DNA of 64,000 bases from a virus. The position numbers and the translations under genes are program-made. Positions 37,511 to 47,320 of the stretch are shown here, in pieces (the stretch's first letter is position 1; every line of letters starts with the position of its first letter). The notes under the pieces are model-generated. The model was given only the letters and a program-made list of their open reading frames with translations, did not search any database and was not told the DNA's origin. The stretch lies in IMG/VR virus record IMGVR_UViG_3300011115_000874, positions 96,799 to 160,798 of that record, one strand, 5' to 3'.

Positions 37511-39901
37511 CTATGGAAGTTGGCTAGAAATTTTATTATTTTCATTATTAATACCATTAGTTAATTCTCTTTCATTTAATTTAACAGAAGTATTAACTTG
37601 TAATGGAACTTTAACCATTGCTCCCGCAACAGCTGCTGCTATGATTGATGCCATTTGATTAGGATCTACATTCATTCCACCATTTCCACCTTTATTTCCA
37701 CCACCTGGGTTGATTCCTACTTCATTTTTACCTAATAAATCAGTTCCTACTTTAATGTTACCATCAGCTCCATACATTAATTTATCTTTAGGATCTAATT
37801 GAACAGATCCAAAGTCTCCTGATAAGATTGGGGTTTTTCCTGTTGTATCAATATCAGCATCTTTCACACTAGGGGCTTTTGTAGCAGAAGAAATCATATA
37901 ACCTACTGCCCCTGCTGCTGCTAAACCAGCTCCTAATAACCAAGGATTTACAGCAATTTTAGCGGCTGCAATACCACTTTCTAAAGTTAATATTGATACT
38001 AATTTAGTTATAATTGGAGCTAAACTTTTTCCAAATGCCATTGTGCTTGCAACTATTTGATTAGCCATAATAATTCCAATCGCTCCCATTATCCCGTATA
38101 AAATTGTACTATTACTTATCATATCTGCCAACATAGCTAATGGGGCAGCTAGTATTTCACCCATTTTAGCCATAGAATTGTTAATTGATTCTTGGATTGA
38201 TAGGCGTTTCATATCTGATAATTCTACATCAGCTAGTTTTGCTGCTTGTTCTTCAGACAAACCATTAGCTAACTGTTGATTATAGATCATTTTAGACATT
38301 TCTTCTCTACTTAAACCTAAAGTTTTAGCTATGGCATCTTGTTGGATACGATTGCCTGAAGAGAATGAAGCGATAATTTCCTGGTTATTGCCTATTTCTT
38401 TGGTTAAACCCGCCATATCGTTGTTTAATGCATACAATCTAGCTTGTTCTAAATTAATTGACTTACCAGTTAATAATTCCGCTTCTAATTCTGCTGATAT
38501 ACTATCTTCAAAATTAAGTAATGATTCTGCTACTTTATCTACATCACTTAAAGTTAATCCTAATTTTTTAGCTTCAGATGCGGTTTGAGCCATTGCTACA
38601 GCATCACCCTTAAATGATAAAGCCATATGATCAGATATGTTAGACAAATCTTTAAGTACAGCTTTACCTGATATTCCAGTTTTATTTAATTTATTAAAAT
38701 TAGATACTGTAGCTATAATTTTTTCATTATTATCTTTTAATTCATTACCATTTACTTTTGCTATACGAGCTAATTTACCCGCTTCTTCACTAGTCATTCC
38801 CATTAACTCAACCATCTCAGTAGCTTCCCCAATAGTTTCTGGGGTGAATATAGCCTCAGCAACCAAACCAAATTGTTGGGTCATAGCTGTTGCTTGTTTA
38901 ATATTTTGAGCCATAGTTGCTAAACCAGTACTAGAAGCATCTATATAACTATAACTAAGACCTGTTTCTCTAGTGTATTCAGTTTGAGCTTTATTTAAAG
39001 CAAAGAATTGTTCAACCATTTTGGCTAACATAAAATCCATCATGTTAGTCATAGTCAATTGTTCTTTTAAAGATATTGCTATATTTTTATACTTATTAGT
39101 TTGAGTACCTAATAATTTATTTTGTTCTTCTAAAGATTGTTTTAAATTATCATTAGCCGCTTTATCAGTACCATATCTTGTTTTTAACTGTGAGTATAGA
39201 TTCTTTTCTGCAAATGATAGTTTACTATATGGTTTACTTTGTAATTCTTGTAATTTATTTATATCACTAATTACGTCTTGATTAAGTTTTAATTGGAATC
39301 TAGCTTCTTTAGTTTTTTGGATAGCATCAGATATAGGTTTAGCTATACCTGAGAAACCCATTTTTTCTAAAGCTTTACCTACTCCTTCTAAACCACTTCC
39401 TAATAAACCTATTTCCTTATTAACTTCTTTTTGAATTTCTATAGTTCTATTTAAAGCTTTATTAAAATTTTCTTGTTCATCTAAAGCAGCTTTAGCATCT
39501 CTTAAATTATCTTTACTTAATTGACCACTTTTTATAGCTAATTTTAATTCTTCAAATTTTACTCTAGCTTGATTTTGGAGATTTTTTAGTTGTTTTTCAG
39601 TTAAAATAGTTTCTCCTCTTCTATAATCTACAACTTGTCTAGAAATATCAGATATGCCTCTTAAAGATTTTTTAGCACTATTTAGATATAAATTTTGTTT
39701 AGACATTTCATTGACACTGTCTTTAAAACTTTTAGATATATAATCTAAATCACTAGATGCTTCTCTAAGTTCGTATCTTAAAGCTTTAACAGCAAGTATG
39801 GCTTTATCTAAATCTTTAGGATCAAATGGGGTTAAAGGTTTTTCTCCTAATTGCCTTCTAAGATCTGCTATTTCTTTATTTAAAGCGGTTATATCAGCCA
39901 T
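37511..39901 (-). CDS. tape measure protein
   Basis: Long helical Ala/Lys/Glu-rich protein with a hydrophobic C-terminal stretch, downstream of the tube and chaperone genes. Confidence 0.85.
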   Translation of the reverse strand: MADITALNKEIADLRRQLGEKPLTPFDPKDLDKAILAVKALRYELREASSDLDYISKSFKDSVNEMSKQNLYLNSAKKSLRGISDISRQVVDYRRGETILTEKQLKNLQNQARVKFEELKLAIKSGQLSKDNLRDAKAALDEQENFNKALNRTIEIQKEVNKEIGLLGSGLEGVGKALEKMGFSGIAKPISDAIQKTKEARFQLKLNQDVISDINKLQELQSKPYSKLSFAEKNLYSQLKTRYGTDKAANDNLKQSLEEQNKLLGTQTNKYKNIAISLKEQLTMTNMMDFMLAKMVEQFFALNKAQTEYTRETGLSYSYIDASSTGLATMAQNIKQATAMTQQFGLVAEAIFTPETIGEATEMVELMGMTSEEAGKLARIAKVNGNELKDNNEKIIATVSNFNKLNKTGISGKAVLKDLSNISDHMALSFKGDAVAMAQTASEAKKLGLTLSDVDKVAESLLNFEDSISAELEAELLTGKSINLEQARLYALNNDMAGLTKEIGNNQEIIASFSSGNRIQQDAIAKTLGLSREEMSKMIYNQQLANGLSEEQAAKLADVELSDMKRLSIQESINNSMAKMGEILAAPLAMLADMISNSTILYGIMGAIGIIMANQIVASTMAFGKSLAPIITKLVSILTLESGIAAAKIAVNPWLLGAGLAAAGAVGYMISSATKAPSVKDADIDTTGKTPILSGDFGSVQLDPKDKLMYGADGNIKVGTDLLGKNEVGINPGGGNKGGNGGMNVDPNQMASIIAAAVAGAMVKVPLQVNTSVKLNERELTNGINNENNKISSQLP

Positions 39902-39933
39902 AATATATTATATAATATAAATATGTAAAAAGC

Positions 39934-39961
39934 AAAAAATACCCACTGTTTAGTGGGTATT
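39934..39961 (-). terminator. intrinsic terminator after the tail chaperone pair
   Basis: AATACCCACT-AAAC-AGTGGGTATT followed by a T-tract. Confidence 0.8.
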
Positions 39962-40265
39962 AATATTTAGCTACTTTTTTACTATTATCTAATTTGCCTT
40001 TAAAATGTGATGGTAAATTTACTTTACCTTCTTTAATCTTTTGAGATTGAGATGCTAAGTCTTCATTTTGGGATTTATTTTTTTCTTCATAAAATTCTTT
40101 TATTTTATGAAAAGTAAATTTCCGAAGCCAAATAGGCATATTATAAACTGTCTCCCAATTATATCCTCCTTGACCATGAAAAACTATCTCATGTATTTGA
40201 GTAAATAAACTAGATCTAACTTGAGGGACTATATCAGGCGTCAGGCCAAAAAAAGTTAAGTCCAA
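39960..40265 (-). CDS. tail assembly chaperone, frameshift extension (GT-like)
   Basis: Overlaps the upstream gene in the +1 frame across a U7 run; only a TTG start, first ATG about 40 codons in; YNMPIWLR..F motif. Confidence 0.7.
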   Translation of the reverse strand: MDLTFFGLTPDIVPQVRSSLFTQIHEIVFHGQGGYNWETVYNMPIWLRKFTFHKIKEFYEEKNKSQNEDLASQSQKIKEGKVNLPSHFKGKLDNSKKVAKY

Positions 40266-40965
40266 TTGGAATTGAGACTTTTTCGTTGCTTCCGTCGGGA
40301 AAAAAGGTCAGATCTACGTCTGGTTGCACCTCCTTTATATACTCCCTTAATGCTCTGGAGTCACGAGCTAAGAAAATATTGTCTACAAATTCTCTAATAG
40401 ATTTTGTATCACGATCACCATTTATTGATGTGATGATATATTTTAAACGAGTAGATAATTCTGCTGAAGAATTTTTATTAATTTTCTTTAAACCTTCTAA
40501 TTCAGCATTAATTTTCTTTTCTTCTTTACCTGTCAATAATCTAAAAGTAATATCAATATTTGTTGCTGGAAGTGTGAATGAGAATTCATTAACTCCTTTT
40601 TTAAATAAAGTAGTATTTAAAGGTTTATCTTTAATTGTAGTTAAGTCAATATTATACTCTTCTCCTCCCCAATTAAATTTATAGTCTTTACCGTATCCTA
40701 AAATACGAGCTGCTACTAAAATAGCGTTTTTATCACCAATAACTAAATCTTCATAGTCTATATCAGAAATAATAAGTGATTTAACTAATTCATCTAATAC
40801 TATACCTTTGCTGATGTAGTTTTGGTTGGTTAGAATGTCTTCTTCTCTAGCTGTCATATACTTCATTTCAATTTTACCACTTGATAAAGGAGATGATTCA
40901 GGATAGACTAAACCTTGTGAAGGCAATTCAATAATTTCTGTTGGAGTTGCAAATTTATTTTCCAT
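40234..40965 (-). CDS. tail assembly chaperone / baseplate hub assembly protein (gp26-like)
   Basis: ELPSQG..YP, MTAREEDIL, ends NFFWPDA; between tube and tape measure. Confidence 0.8.
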   Translation of the reverse strand: MENKFATPTEIIELPSQGLVYPESSPLSSGKIEMKYMTAREEDILTNQNYISKGIVLDELVKSLIISDIDYEDLVIGDKNAILVAARILGYGKDYKFNWGGEEYNIDLTTIKDKPLNTTLFKKGVNEFSFTLPATNIDITFRLLTGKEEKKINAELEGLKKINKNSSAELSTRLKYIITSINGDRDTKSIREFVDNIFLARDSRALREYIKEVQPDVDLTFFPDGSNEKVSIPIGLNFFWPDA

Positions 40966-41011
40966 ATCTTTTATTTGTTATAACTTTAATGTCGTATATA
41001 AATATATAAAG

Positions 41012-41039
41012 AAAAAAGAAGCTCGCAAAATTTGCGAGC
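41012..41039 (-). terminator. intrinsic terminator after the tail tube
   Basis: GCTCGC stem, GCGAGC, then TTCTTTTTT. Confidence 0.85.
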
Positions 41040-41062
41040 CCTTTTAAAATATGATTTTAAGA

Positions 41063-41551
41063 TTAGAAATTCAATACAGCGTAGTCAATAGCTAATGTCA
41101 TTGTAAGGTTTACAGCGGTATCTACAGTGTCCCAGTTATATTCGCCAAAATTAGCTTCTTTAATAAACGCACCTTTTAATATCCATTCACTTACTATATC
41201 ACCTACAGGTCCTAATACATTAATTGTTAAATCTTTTTTATAGAAATCAGAATATCCATCTCTACCTGTTACTGATTCGTGATGTAAACGTACCCATTCT
41301 ATTACCGATTGTGCTCCAGATGGAGTGATAGGATCAAATAATGTTAATGTAACATCATTCCATACACTCTTTCCTTTTACTTTACGTAAAATATTAATGT
41401 GGTTTAAAGGTACTTCACCTTGAGTTAAAGTAACAGCACTAACTCCTTTAATTATATAGCTAGGAATACCATCCATATAAAGGATAAATCGGTTAGCTTG
41501 TTTTGGTTCAAATGCTGTGAAAAATATTTCGTTTGAGTCTAGTATTGCCAT
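41063..41551 (-). CDS. tail tube protein (gp19-like)
   Basis: EPKQANRF, WNDVTLTLFD, YKKDLTI, W.LKGAF; follows the sheath gene. Confidence 0.92.
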   Translation of the reverse strand: MAILDSNEIFFTAFEPKQANRFILYMDGIPSYIIKGVSAVTLTQGEVPLNHINILRKVKGKSVWNDVTLTLFDPITPSGAQSVIEWVRLHHESVTGRDGYSDFYKKDLTINVLGPVGDIVSEWILKGAFIKEANFGEYNWDTVDTAVNLTMTLAIDYAVLNF

Positions 41552-41566
41552 GTCTTTTTATTTATT

Positions 41567-41574
41567 ATAAATAT
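41567..41574 (-). promoter_or_regulatory. putative late promoter motif ATATTTAT (tail tube)
   Basis: Recurrent intergenic motif upstream of virion genes. Confidence 0.7.
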
Positions 41575-41589
41575 CTATATAATTAATTC

Positions 41590-43311
41590 TTATGCTGGGA
41601 AAGTTGCTCCAGTTGGGGTAATATTGAAATCTAAGTAAATAAATTCAGCAGTTTTAGTAGGTTGTAAATAAATTTGTCCTACCATTTGATTTTGATCAAT
41701 CACTGTTGGTGTATTATTAGTATCATCCATTATTACTCGGAACGCATACAATCCTTGTCTTTGTTGAACACTTTCTAAGTATGGGTTAACTTGAGCTAAG
41801 AAATTATTTCTTGTAGCAGCTGTGTTTTGTTCAAACACTAAGTTTTGAGCAACTTGAGATATATATGATTTAAGAGAAATCAATAAACGACGAACATTTA
41901 CACGATCTAAAGCTGACGCTTGAGTTTGTAATGTTTTTTGTCCATAAACTACTACTCCAGTTCCTGGGAATGTAGCAATTGGATTTACTTTTCCGTTATA
42001 TAAAGTATCTCTATCACCTTGTGCTAAACGTCTTTCAGCTCTAATTACAGTACTTAATCCACCTCTGTTTATACCTGCTGGTGCAAACCATGGTTCAGAA
42101 ACACTATCATTATAAGCATATACTCCAGCTATTACAGTTGAAGCAGGTACCCATACGTTTTGTCCTGAGTCTGGGTCTTGTACTTGACACCATGGCCAGT
42201 AAGTAGCGGCATATGAAGTATTTCTAGAAGAAGCTTGCTGAGTTATGTCACTTACTAATTGTCCATAAGCAACCATATCTGCTACTAAAATATTATCACC
42301 ACGATTTTGAGTGTTAGTCAAAGCTGTAGTTATAGTGCTAGTATAATCTTTATTATATATACCTGGCATTAATAATATATTGTATTTGTAGTCGTCTTGG
42401 TTAGCTAATAAAATTAAACTAGATGTATAATTAGAACCTACTAATCCTTGAGTATTTGTGCTATTAATAGTTTGGTAGAAATTAGCTCCACCTGTAATTG
42501 CTCCAACTGCTCCACCAAATGATCCACTAGCAACTGATGGTAATGATGAGGTGTATAGAGGATTTGGTGTACCATCATTTTGGAAATAATATGGTGTAGT
42601 AATATTAATACTCTTTACACGCACATAATTTGAACGGTTAGGGAAACTACCTGTTAATTGTAGATAAGCAGTTCCTGTACTTGTATCTGTTTGGTAAGTA
42701 TATTTATAATCTCCAATTATTTTAGATACATAATTTGGTGAAAATGGATCTAATGATAAACCAGCGTATGTTTCTAAAACTGTTGGGTTTAAATTAGTAT
42801 CATTACCTTGACGAATTATTAAATCAAATGTTCCAGAAGAACTATTTGAAGCAACAACCTGCCATCTTACATTATCAGCTGAACCACTTGGTAATGAACC
42901 ACTAATTTCTGTACTTGTACTGTTTGCTATTGTTCCTTCAGCAATTGTTTCTAATACTAATACAGTAGAAGATCCGGTGTTTAAAATAGCACTACTAGTA
43001 GCAGAAGTATAAGTTCCATTTACAACACGAGTAACTAACAATGAAGTTCCCCCATTAGCAAAGTAATTATAAGCTGCTATAGATGTAAAATATGTGTAAG
43101 TGTTACTAGTACTAACAGTACTACCACTAGTAAAGGTAGTACCAAATTGTTGTTGATATTGAGAGTAAGAAGTAACTACTGTAGGTATTCCTACTCGTCC
43201 TTTTACAGTTGGGCCGATAATAGCTGCCCCAGCGGTTACAGGACCTTGAGATACAAATGAAGTGTCATTTTCTCTCGCTAATACGCCTGGTGATATTAAA
43301 GTTTCTGCCAT
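41590..43311 (-). CDS. tail sheath protein (gp18-like)
   Basis: SPGV..RE.D, WFAPAG.NRG, YGQKT, DRVNVRRL, FEQN, PTKTAEFI. Confidence 0.97.
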   Translation of the reverse strand: MAETLISPGVLARENDTSFVSQGPVTAGAAIIGPTVKGRVGIPTVVTSYSQYQQQFGTTFTSGSTVSTSNTYTYFTSIAAYNYFANGGTSLLVTRVVNGTYTSATSSAILNTGSSTVLVLETIAEGTIANSTSTEISGSLPSGSADNVRWQVVASNSSSGTFDLIIRQGNDTNLNPTVLETYAGLSLDPFSPNYVSKIIGDYKYTYQTDTSTGTAYLQLTGSFPNRSNYVRVKSINITTPYYFQNDGTPNPLYTSSLPSVASGSFGGAVGAITGGANFYQTINSTNTQGLVGSNYTSSLILLANQDDYKYNILLMPGIYNKDYTSTITTALTNTQNRGDNILVADMVAYGQLVSDITQQASSRNTSYAATYWPWCQVQDPDSGQNVWVPASTVIAGVYAYNDSVSEPWFAPAGINRGGLSTVIRAERRLAQGDRDTLYNGKVNPIATFPGTGVVVYGQKTLQTQASALDRVNVRRLLISLKSYISQVAQNLVFEQNTAATRNNFLAQVNPYLESVQQRQGLYAFRVIMDDTNNTPTVIDQNQMVGQIYLQPTKTAEFIYLDFNITPTGATFPA

Positions 43312-43335
43312 GGTTTATGTTATGTTTGTTTAATT

Positions 43336-43343
43336 ATAAATAT
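43336..43343 (-). promoter_or_regulatory. putative late promoter motif ATATTTAT (sheath)
   Basis: Recurrent intergenic motif upstream of virion genes. Confidence 0.7.
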
Positions 43344-43360
43344 CTTAAAAAAAGTCAAAA

Positions 43361-43612
43361 TTATGAAACCGGGATGAACTCTCCTTTTTCTAAGTCAATA
43401 TTTCCATCACCATATTTTTCTTGAAGTTCTTTAGCTATTTTTGTTTCTTCTTCAATTTGTTTTTGAAGTTGTGATTTAAGAGATTGTTTGTCTAAATCTA
43501 AAAGTTGAATACGATACTCTACTGTTCCTAACGCTTGAACTAAGTTTGATTGATTTGTTTGAATTGTCTTTAAAGATTGAATTTCTTCTTGTGTTAAAAC
43601 TTTGTTTTCCAT
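43361..43612 (-). CDS. small coiled-coil protein
   Basis: 83 aa with heptad pattern, ends KYGDGNIDLEKGEF; late motif upstream. Confidence 0.65.
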   Translation of the reverse strand: MENKVLTQEEIQSLKTIQTNQSNLVQALGTVEYRIQLLDLDKQSLKSQLQKQIEEETKIAKELQEKYGDGNIDLEKGEFIPVS

Positions 43613-43646
43613 AAAATTTATTTTTTGTTATTGTTTATTATAAATA

Positions 43647-44528
43647 TCACGAGGGAGTTGGTAAGTTATTAATATCTACTACTGTTTCTGATGTTACTAC
43701 TAGTTTATTTCTATTTGAAAATTTACTTACAAATGTTGTACCTTTTTGTATTGTATCAGGAATAATATACCCGTGCATTTTTAAACTAAATGTACTTTTA
43801 ACTACTCTTTCCTTATTATCAGATAATTCAACTGTAGAAGCAAATGAGTCAATATTTGTTTTAAATTTAAAACGCTCAGGATCACCCCAATAAGCGTCAG
43901 ACGCGTATTCTACTGCTTCAATAATTTTATTTAATTGTTCATTATAATAAGTAAATACAGCACAATCATATGTTACTGTTAAATAATCAGGTACAACTGT
44001 AGCGTATAATGTTTGTTCTGGTTTAATTCCATTAAGGATATTAAATTTACTATAAGCGTTTTGTTGGCTATATTTTTTATTAGTTATAGCTATATTATTA
44101 GGATGATTAGCATCTAGTTTATTAGCTAAACCTCTATTTTTTTCAATGTTATTTCTTTTAAACATTAAAAGTGGAGCCATTATTCTACTTTGTAAATCTC
44201 TTATATATCCAAATTTTTGGAATGAAGCCCATTTTTCAGGTGAACCATATATTACAGGAACTGGGAGTGATTCTCCATTCTGTAGTACAGTGGGTCTAAT
44301 TACATTTTCAAAATAATACATTACAGCCCAGTCTAAATCTTCTAAACCAATTGAAAATGGTTTTGTAGTATCATCTTTAAATGATGTTTGAGTTGCTCTA
44401 TTAACATTATTAGTATCATTAGGATTACCAGTAGGAGAGAATCCAACACCACCAGGGGTAAGTGGTTCTTGTAAAGATTCACTTATCTCTCTTTGTGTTT
44501 TAGGTGTTACTTTTCTTTGCTTAGCCAT
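43647..44528 (-). CDS. tail terminator / neck protein (gp15-like)
   Basis: VPVIYGSPEKW motif; gene order neck, neck, terminator, sheath. Confidence 0.7.
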   Translation of the reverse strand: MAKQRKVTPKTQREISESLQEPLTPGGVGFSPTGNPNDTNNVNRATQTSFKDDTTKPFSIGLEDLDWAVMYYFENVIRPTVLQNGESLPVPVIYGSPEKWASFQKFGYIRDLQSRIMAPLLMFKRNNIEKNRGLANKLDANHPNNIAITNKKYSQQNAYSKFNILNGIKPEQTLYATVVPDYLTVTYDCAVFTYYNEQLNKIIEAVEYASDAYWGDPERFKFKTNIDSFASTVELSDNKERVVKSTFSLKMHGYIIPDTIQKGTTFVSKFSNRNKLVVTSETVVDINNLPTPS

Positions 44529-45037
44529 TATAATCTTTGTTTAATCAAATTTATACGATCAGCAGGAATGTAATGAGTTTCACACACTACACTTACATTA
44601 TAACCAAATTGATCTAAACCTGGGTTTAATGGGTTAGTACTATATGGATAATCAGGATCTTTACCTGCAAAGTATTGTTTAGTATTTGTATTATCAACTT
44701 CAAAATATGATTCTTGATATAAGATTACATCTCCTACTTCAATATGAGTATTAGCATCTACTAAATCATCTCTTAAGAATGCTACTTTAATACTCCAGTC
44801 AAAGTCAACACCAAACTCACTTGTAGGACTTGTATTATCCCCTACTTCAATTAAAGAGTTTAATAATATTGGGCCATCAAAAAACTTACCACCAGATGAT
44901 TCACCATACATGTTTATTTTAGTTTGATCTAAAACATACTTGTAAATAGCAACTTGTTGGGTGATAATATCTCCTAACAACTCACGGTTGATTTTTCTGA
45001 ACATTGATATGTCTCTCGCTGAGCCAAATATTGCCAT
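44528..45037 (-). CDS. head completion / neck protein (gp14-like)
   Basis: NMYGES, EVGDVI..Q..YFEV; position. Confidence 0.7.
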   Translation of the reverse strand: MAIFGSARDISMFRKINRELLGDIITQQVAIYKYVLDQTKINMYGESSGGKFFDGPILLNSLIEVGDNTSPTSEFGVDFDWSIKVAFLRDDLVDANTHIEVGDVILYQESYFEVDNTNTKQYFAGKDPDYPYSTNPLNPGLDQFGYNVSVVCETHYIPADRINLIKQRL

Positions 45038-46215
45038 TATCCAATAAATATTGTCATTGGTACATTTAATATTTCTTGTCTTCTAAATTCACTCTCATCT
45101 TTTCTTCTTTCAAGTTGAGATTTTTTAGACATATCTGTTAAGTATAATCTTAATCTTTCTAATAATGCTGCTTTATCTGTTGTAGCTGAGGTTAGTAAAT
45201 CAGATTGATTTAGGGTTAAGTTTTGATCAGGAATAGGAACAGTAGAGTATTTACCTCTAACATATCCTAACATTTCTTTACATAAAGCTAAACAATATTC
45301 AAATATCCATTGACGCCCAATAGAGTTAATTAAACTATAAGTTGGGTTTGTATATGGAGCATTTGAAGGATTTGTTACTAAATAATTTGGATTATTAGGA
45401 TCTCCTCCAGGTTGAGCGATACTGTTATTTATTCTATCTTGTACTTTAATATATTCAAACCATAAAAATCCATCTCTAACATCATTATATGATGGTATAG
45501 GGAATACTTTTATTTTATTATTAATAATATTAAATGTGTAAGCAGATAAACGGATTGTGTTACTCATTTCTAAACCTTGAATTACCGCCGCATCATATGC
45601 TACAGGCATCATTAAGTATCCACCTCCATATCCTCCACCATATAAACCACCATACATTCCAACTGCTGGTACTCCTCCTAGCCCTGCAAATCCTCCAAAT
45701 GGAGCATACATTTGACTTACAGCTGGGAGTGATTGGTAGAATACAGATTTAATTTCTATTCCACCTGATATACTTTGGCTTATAGCCCAATCTGCTAAGT
45801 CATATTCTTGTTGTCCTGGGGTTAGGGCTAATGCTCCACTATAATAAGTTACATTTCCCCCTGCACCTGCTTCTTCAGCATATTGTTGAGACAAACGTAC
45901 TATAGTTGCCATATTAGGCGTAATAAGCGCGTTATTTACACTTGTATCCGCCGGTGCACCCTCTAACGTTAACATATTATCCATCGCTTGAAAAGCGTAG
46001 ATTTCGTTACCATATGTAGTAATTGCTTCTTCAAAAGCAGCATAGAAGTTTAAATCTTGCAATTCAACTTCCATAATAGGATATCCTAATCGACGAGCAC
46101 AAAATGTTACTACTTTGTCAGCATCTGTTTGAAATTGATAATCATAGTCATAGAATCCAAATGGTGTTTGACCAGGGAAAAATGAACTAGAACCCGGATA
46201 TATAGGAATATTCAT
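45037..46215 (-). CDS. neck / head-tail adaptor (gp13-like)
   Basis: RRLGYPIMEVEL, WIFEYCLALCKEMLG.VRGKY, PMTIFIG. Confidence 0.85.
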   Translation of the reverse strand: MNIPIYPGSSSFFPGQTPFGFYDYDYQFQTDADKVVTFCARRLGYPIMEVELQDLNFYAAFEEAITTYGNEIYAFQAMDNMLTLEGAPADTSVNNALITPNMATIVRLSQQYAEEAGAGGNVTYYSGALALTPGQQEYDLADWAISQSISGGIEIKSVFYQSLPAVSQMYAPFGGFAGLGGVPAVGMYGGLYGGGYGGGYLMMPVAYDAAVIQGLEMSNTIRLSAYTFNIINNKIKVFPIPSYNDVRDGFLWFEYIKVQDRINNSIAQPGGDPNNPNYLVTNPSNAPYTNPTYSLINSIGRQWIFEYCLALCKEMLGYVRGKYSTVPIPDQNLTLNQSDLLTSATTDKAALLERLRLYLTDMSKKSQLERRKDESEFRRQEILNVPMTIFIG

Positions 46216-46250
46216 GTGTTAGATTTTGTTATAAATATAACGCAGAGGAA

Positions 46251-46598
46251 TTATATAATTGGTTCTTCTGGGGTTGGCTCAGGAGTTGGTTCTGGAGCAG
46301 GTGGAGAATATTTTGTAAATGTAGATGCGCTATTAATAGCATTAGCATCTTTAAGATTATCAATCACATAAGTATCTAAAGCATCAATCAATTGAGTGTA
46401 TGCATCTGTGATTGCAGGATCATATGTTAAAGTAGCTTTATCAATACTTTGATATCCTACTGCACCATTGTTAGCAATGAATACATCCATTGCAATTTGA
46501 CCTGCATATTGAAGGTGTGGTACTAATGTTAATAGAGGAGATTCGTAAATCAATCCTGTTTGTGGGTTTTGGAAAAATCCGGTTACTTGTACTGCCAT
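46251..46598 (-). CDS. hypothetical fibre-associated protein
   Basis: 115 aa with PEPTPEPTPE tail; late motif upstream. Confidence 0.55.
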   Translation of the reverse strand: MAVQVTGFFQNPQTGLIYESPLLTLVPHLQYAGQIAMDVFIANNGAVGYQSIDKATLTYDPAITDAYTQLIDALDTYVIDNLKDANAINSASTFTKYSPPAPEPTPEPTPEEPII

Positions 46599-46626
46599 TG
46601 TTTTATTTTATTATAAATATATTAAT

Positions 46627-47319
46627 TTATGATAATCCAAATCTAGTTTTTGTAGCGTTGTAGTTTTGGGAGATTTCTTGTTGGAAGAGTGCTCTGTTGT
46701 AAATTTGAGTAGTATAAATATTACCTTGTAAATATGCTGTTGTCTTATTTCTAATAGTAGCATATCCTAATTCATATAAGCCTGATCCTAGTACTGTGGA
46801 ATTAGTAAATATTCTAGAGGTTTGTTCAATTCCATTTAAGTATGGGATGTTAGTTGATCCGTTTCTGGTTAAAGTAATATTATTAATAGATGCAGGTATA
46901 TTAGTTGTTGATGATATTACATATGATGTGATGCTACCGCTAGCATAATATGCTGTTAATTCTCTAGTGCTACCAAGGGTATTAGCTGTAATTAATAATG
47001 CAGGAGAAGTTGCATAGTTGTTTGAGAATATAAAGTGCTCTTTATCTCCAGAATTGTTTAATTTAAACCATATACTTATTGTAAAATCATTTTGTGTTAA
47101 GTTTTTTGTTCCTAAAGTACAATAATCATTAGTACCATCAAATACTATACTTCCGCCATTATTACTATCAAAAGTAGGCCCATTAATTAAACTTCCACTT
47201 AATGCGGGATTACCTAAACTAAACCAGTTAGTACTACCACTAGTATAACTCTTTGTATTACCAGCATCTAATGCTAATACTAATCCATTAGTAACTATAG
47301 GGGGTGATCCGTAATACAT
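46627..47319 (-). CDS. LamG / concanavalin-like virion protein
   Basis: IVTNGLVLALDAGNTKSY, FDGTNDY, FTISIWFK, IYNRAL..EI.QNYNA. Confidence 0.85.
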   Translation of the reverse strand: MYYGSPPIVTNGLVLALDAGNTKSYTSGSTNWFSLGNPALSGSLINGPTFDSNNGGSIVFDGTNDYCTLGTKNLTQNDFTISIWFKLNNSGDKEHFIFSNNYATSPALLITANTLGSTRELTAYYASGSITSYVISSTTNIPASINNITLTRNGSTNIPYLNGIEQTSRIFTNSTVLGSGLYELGYATIRNKTTAYLQGNIYTTQIYNRALFQQEISQNYNATKTRFGLS

Positions 47320-47320
47320 T

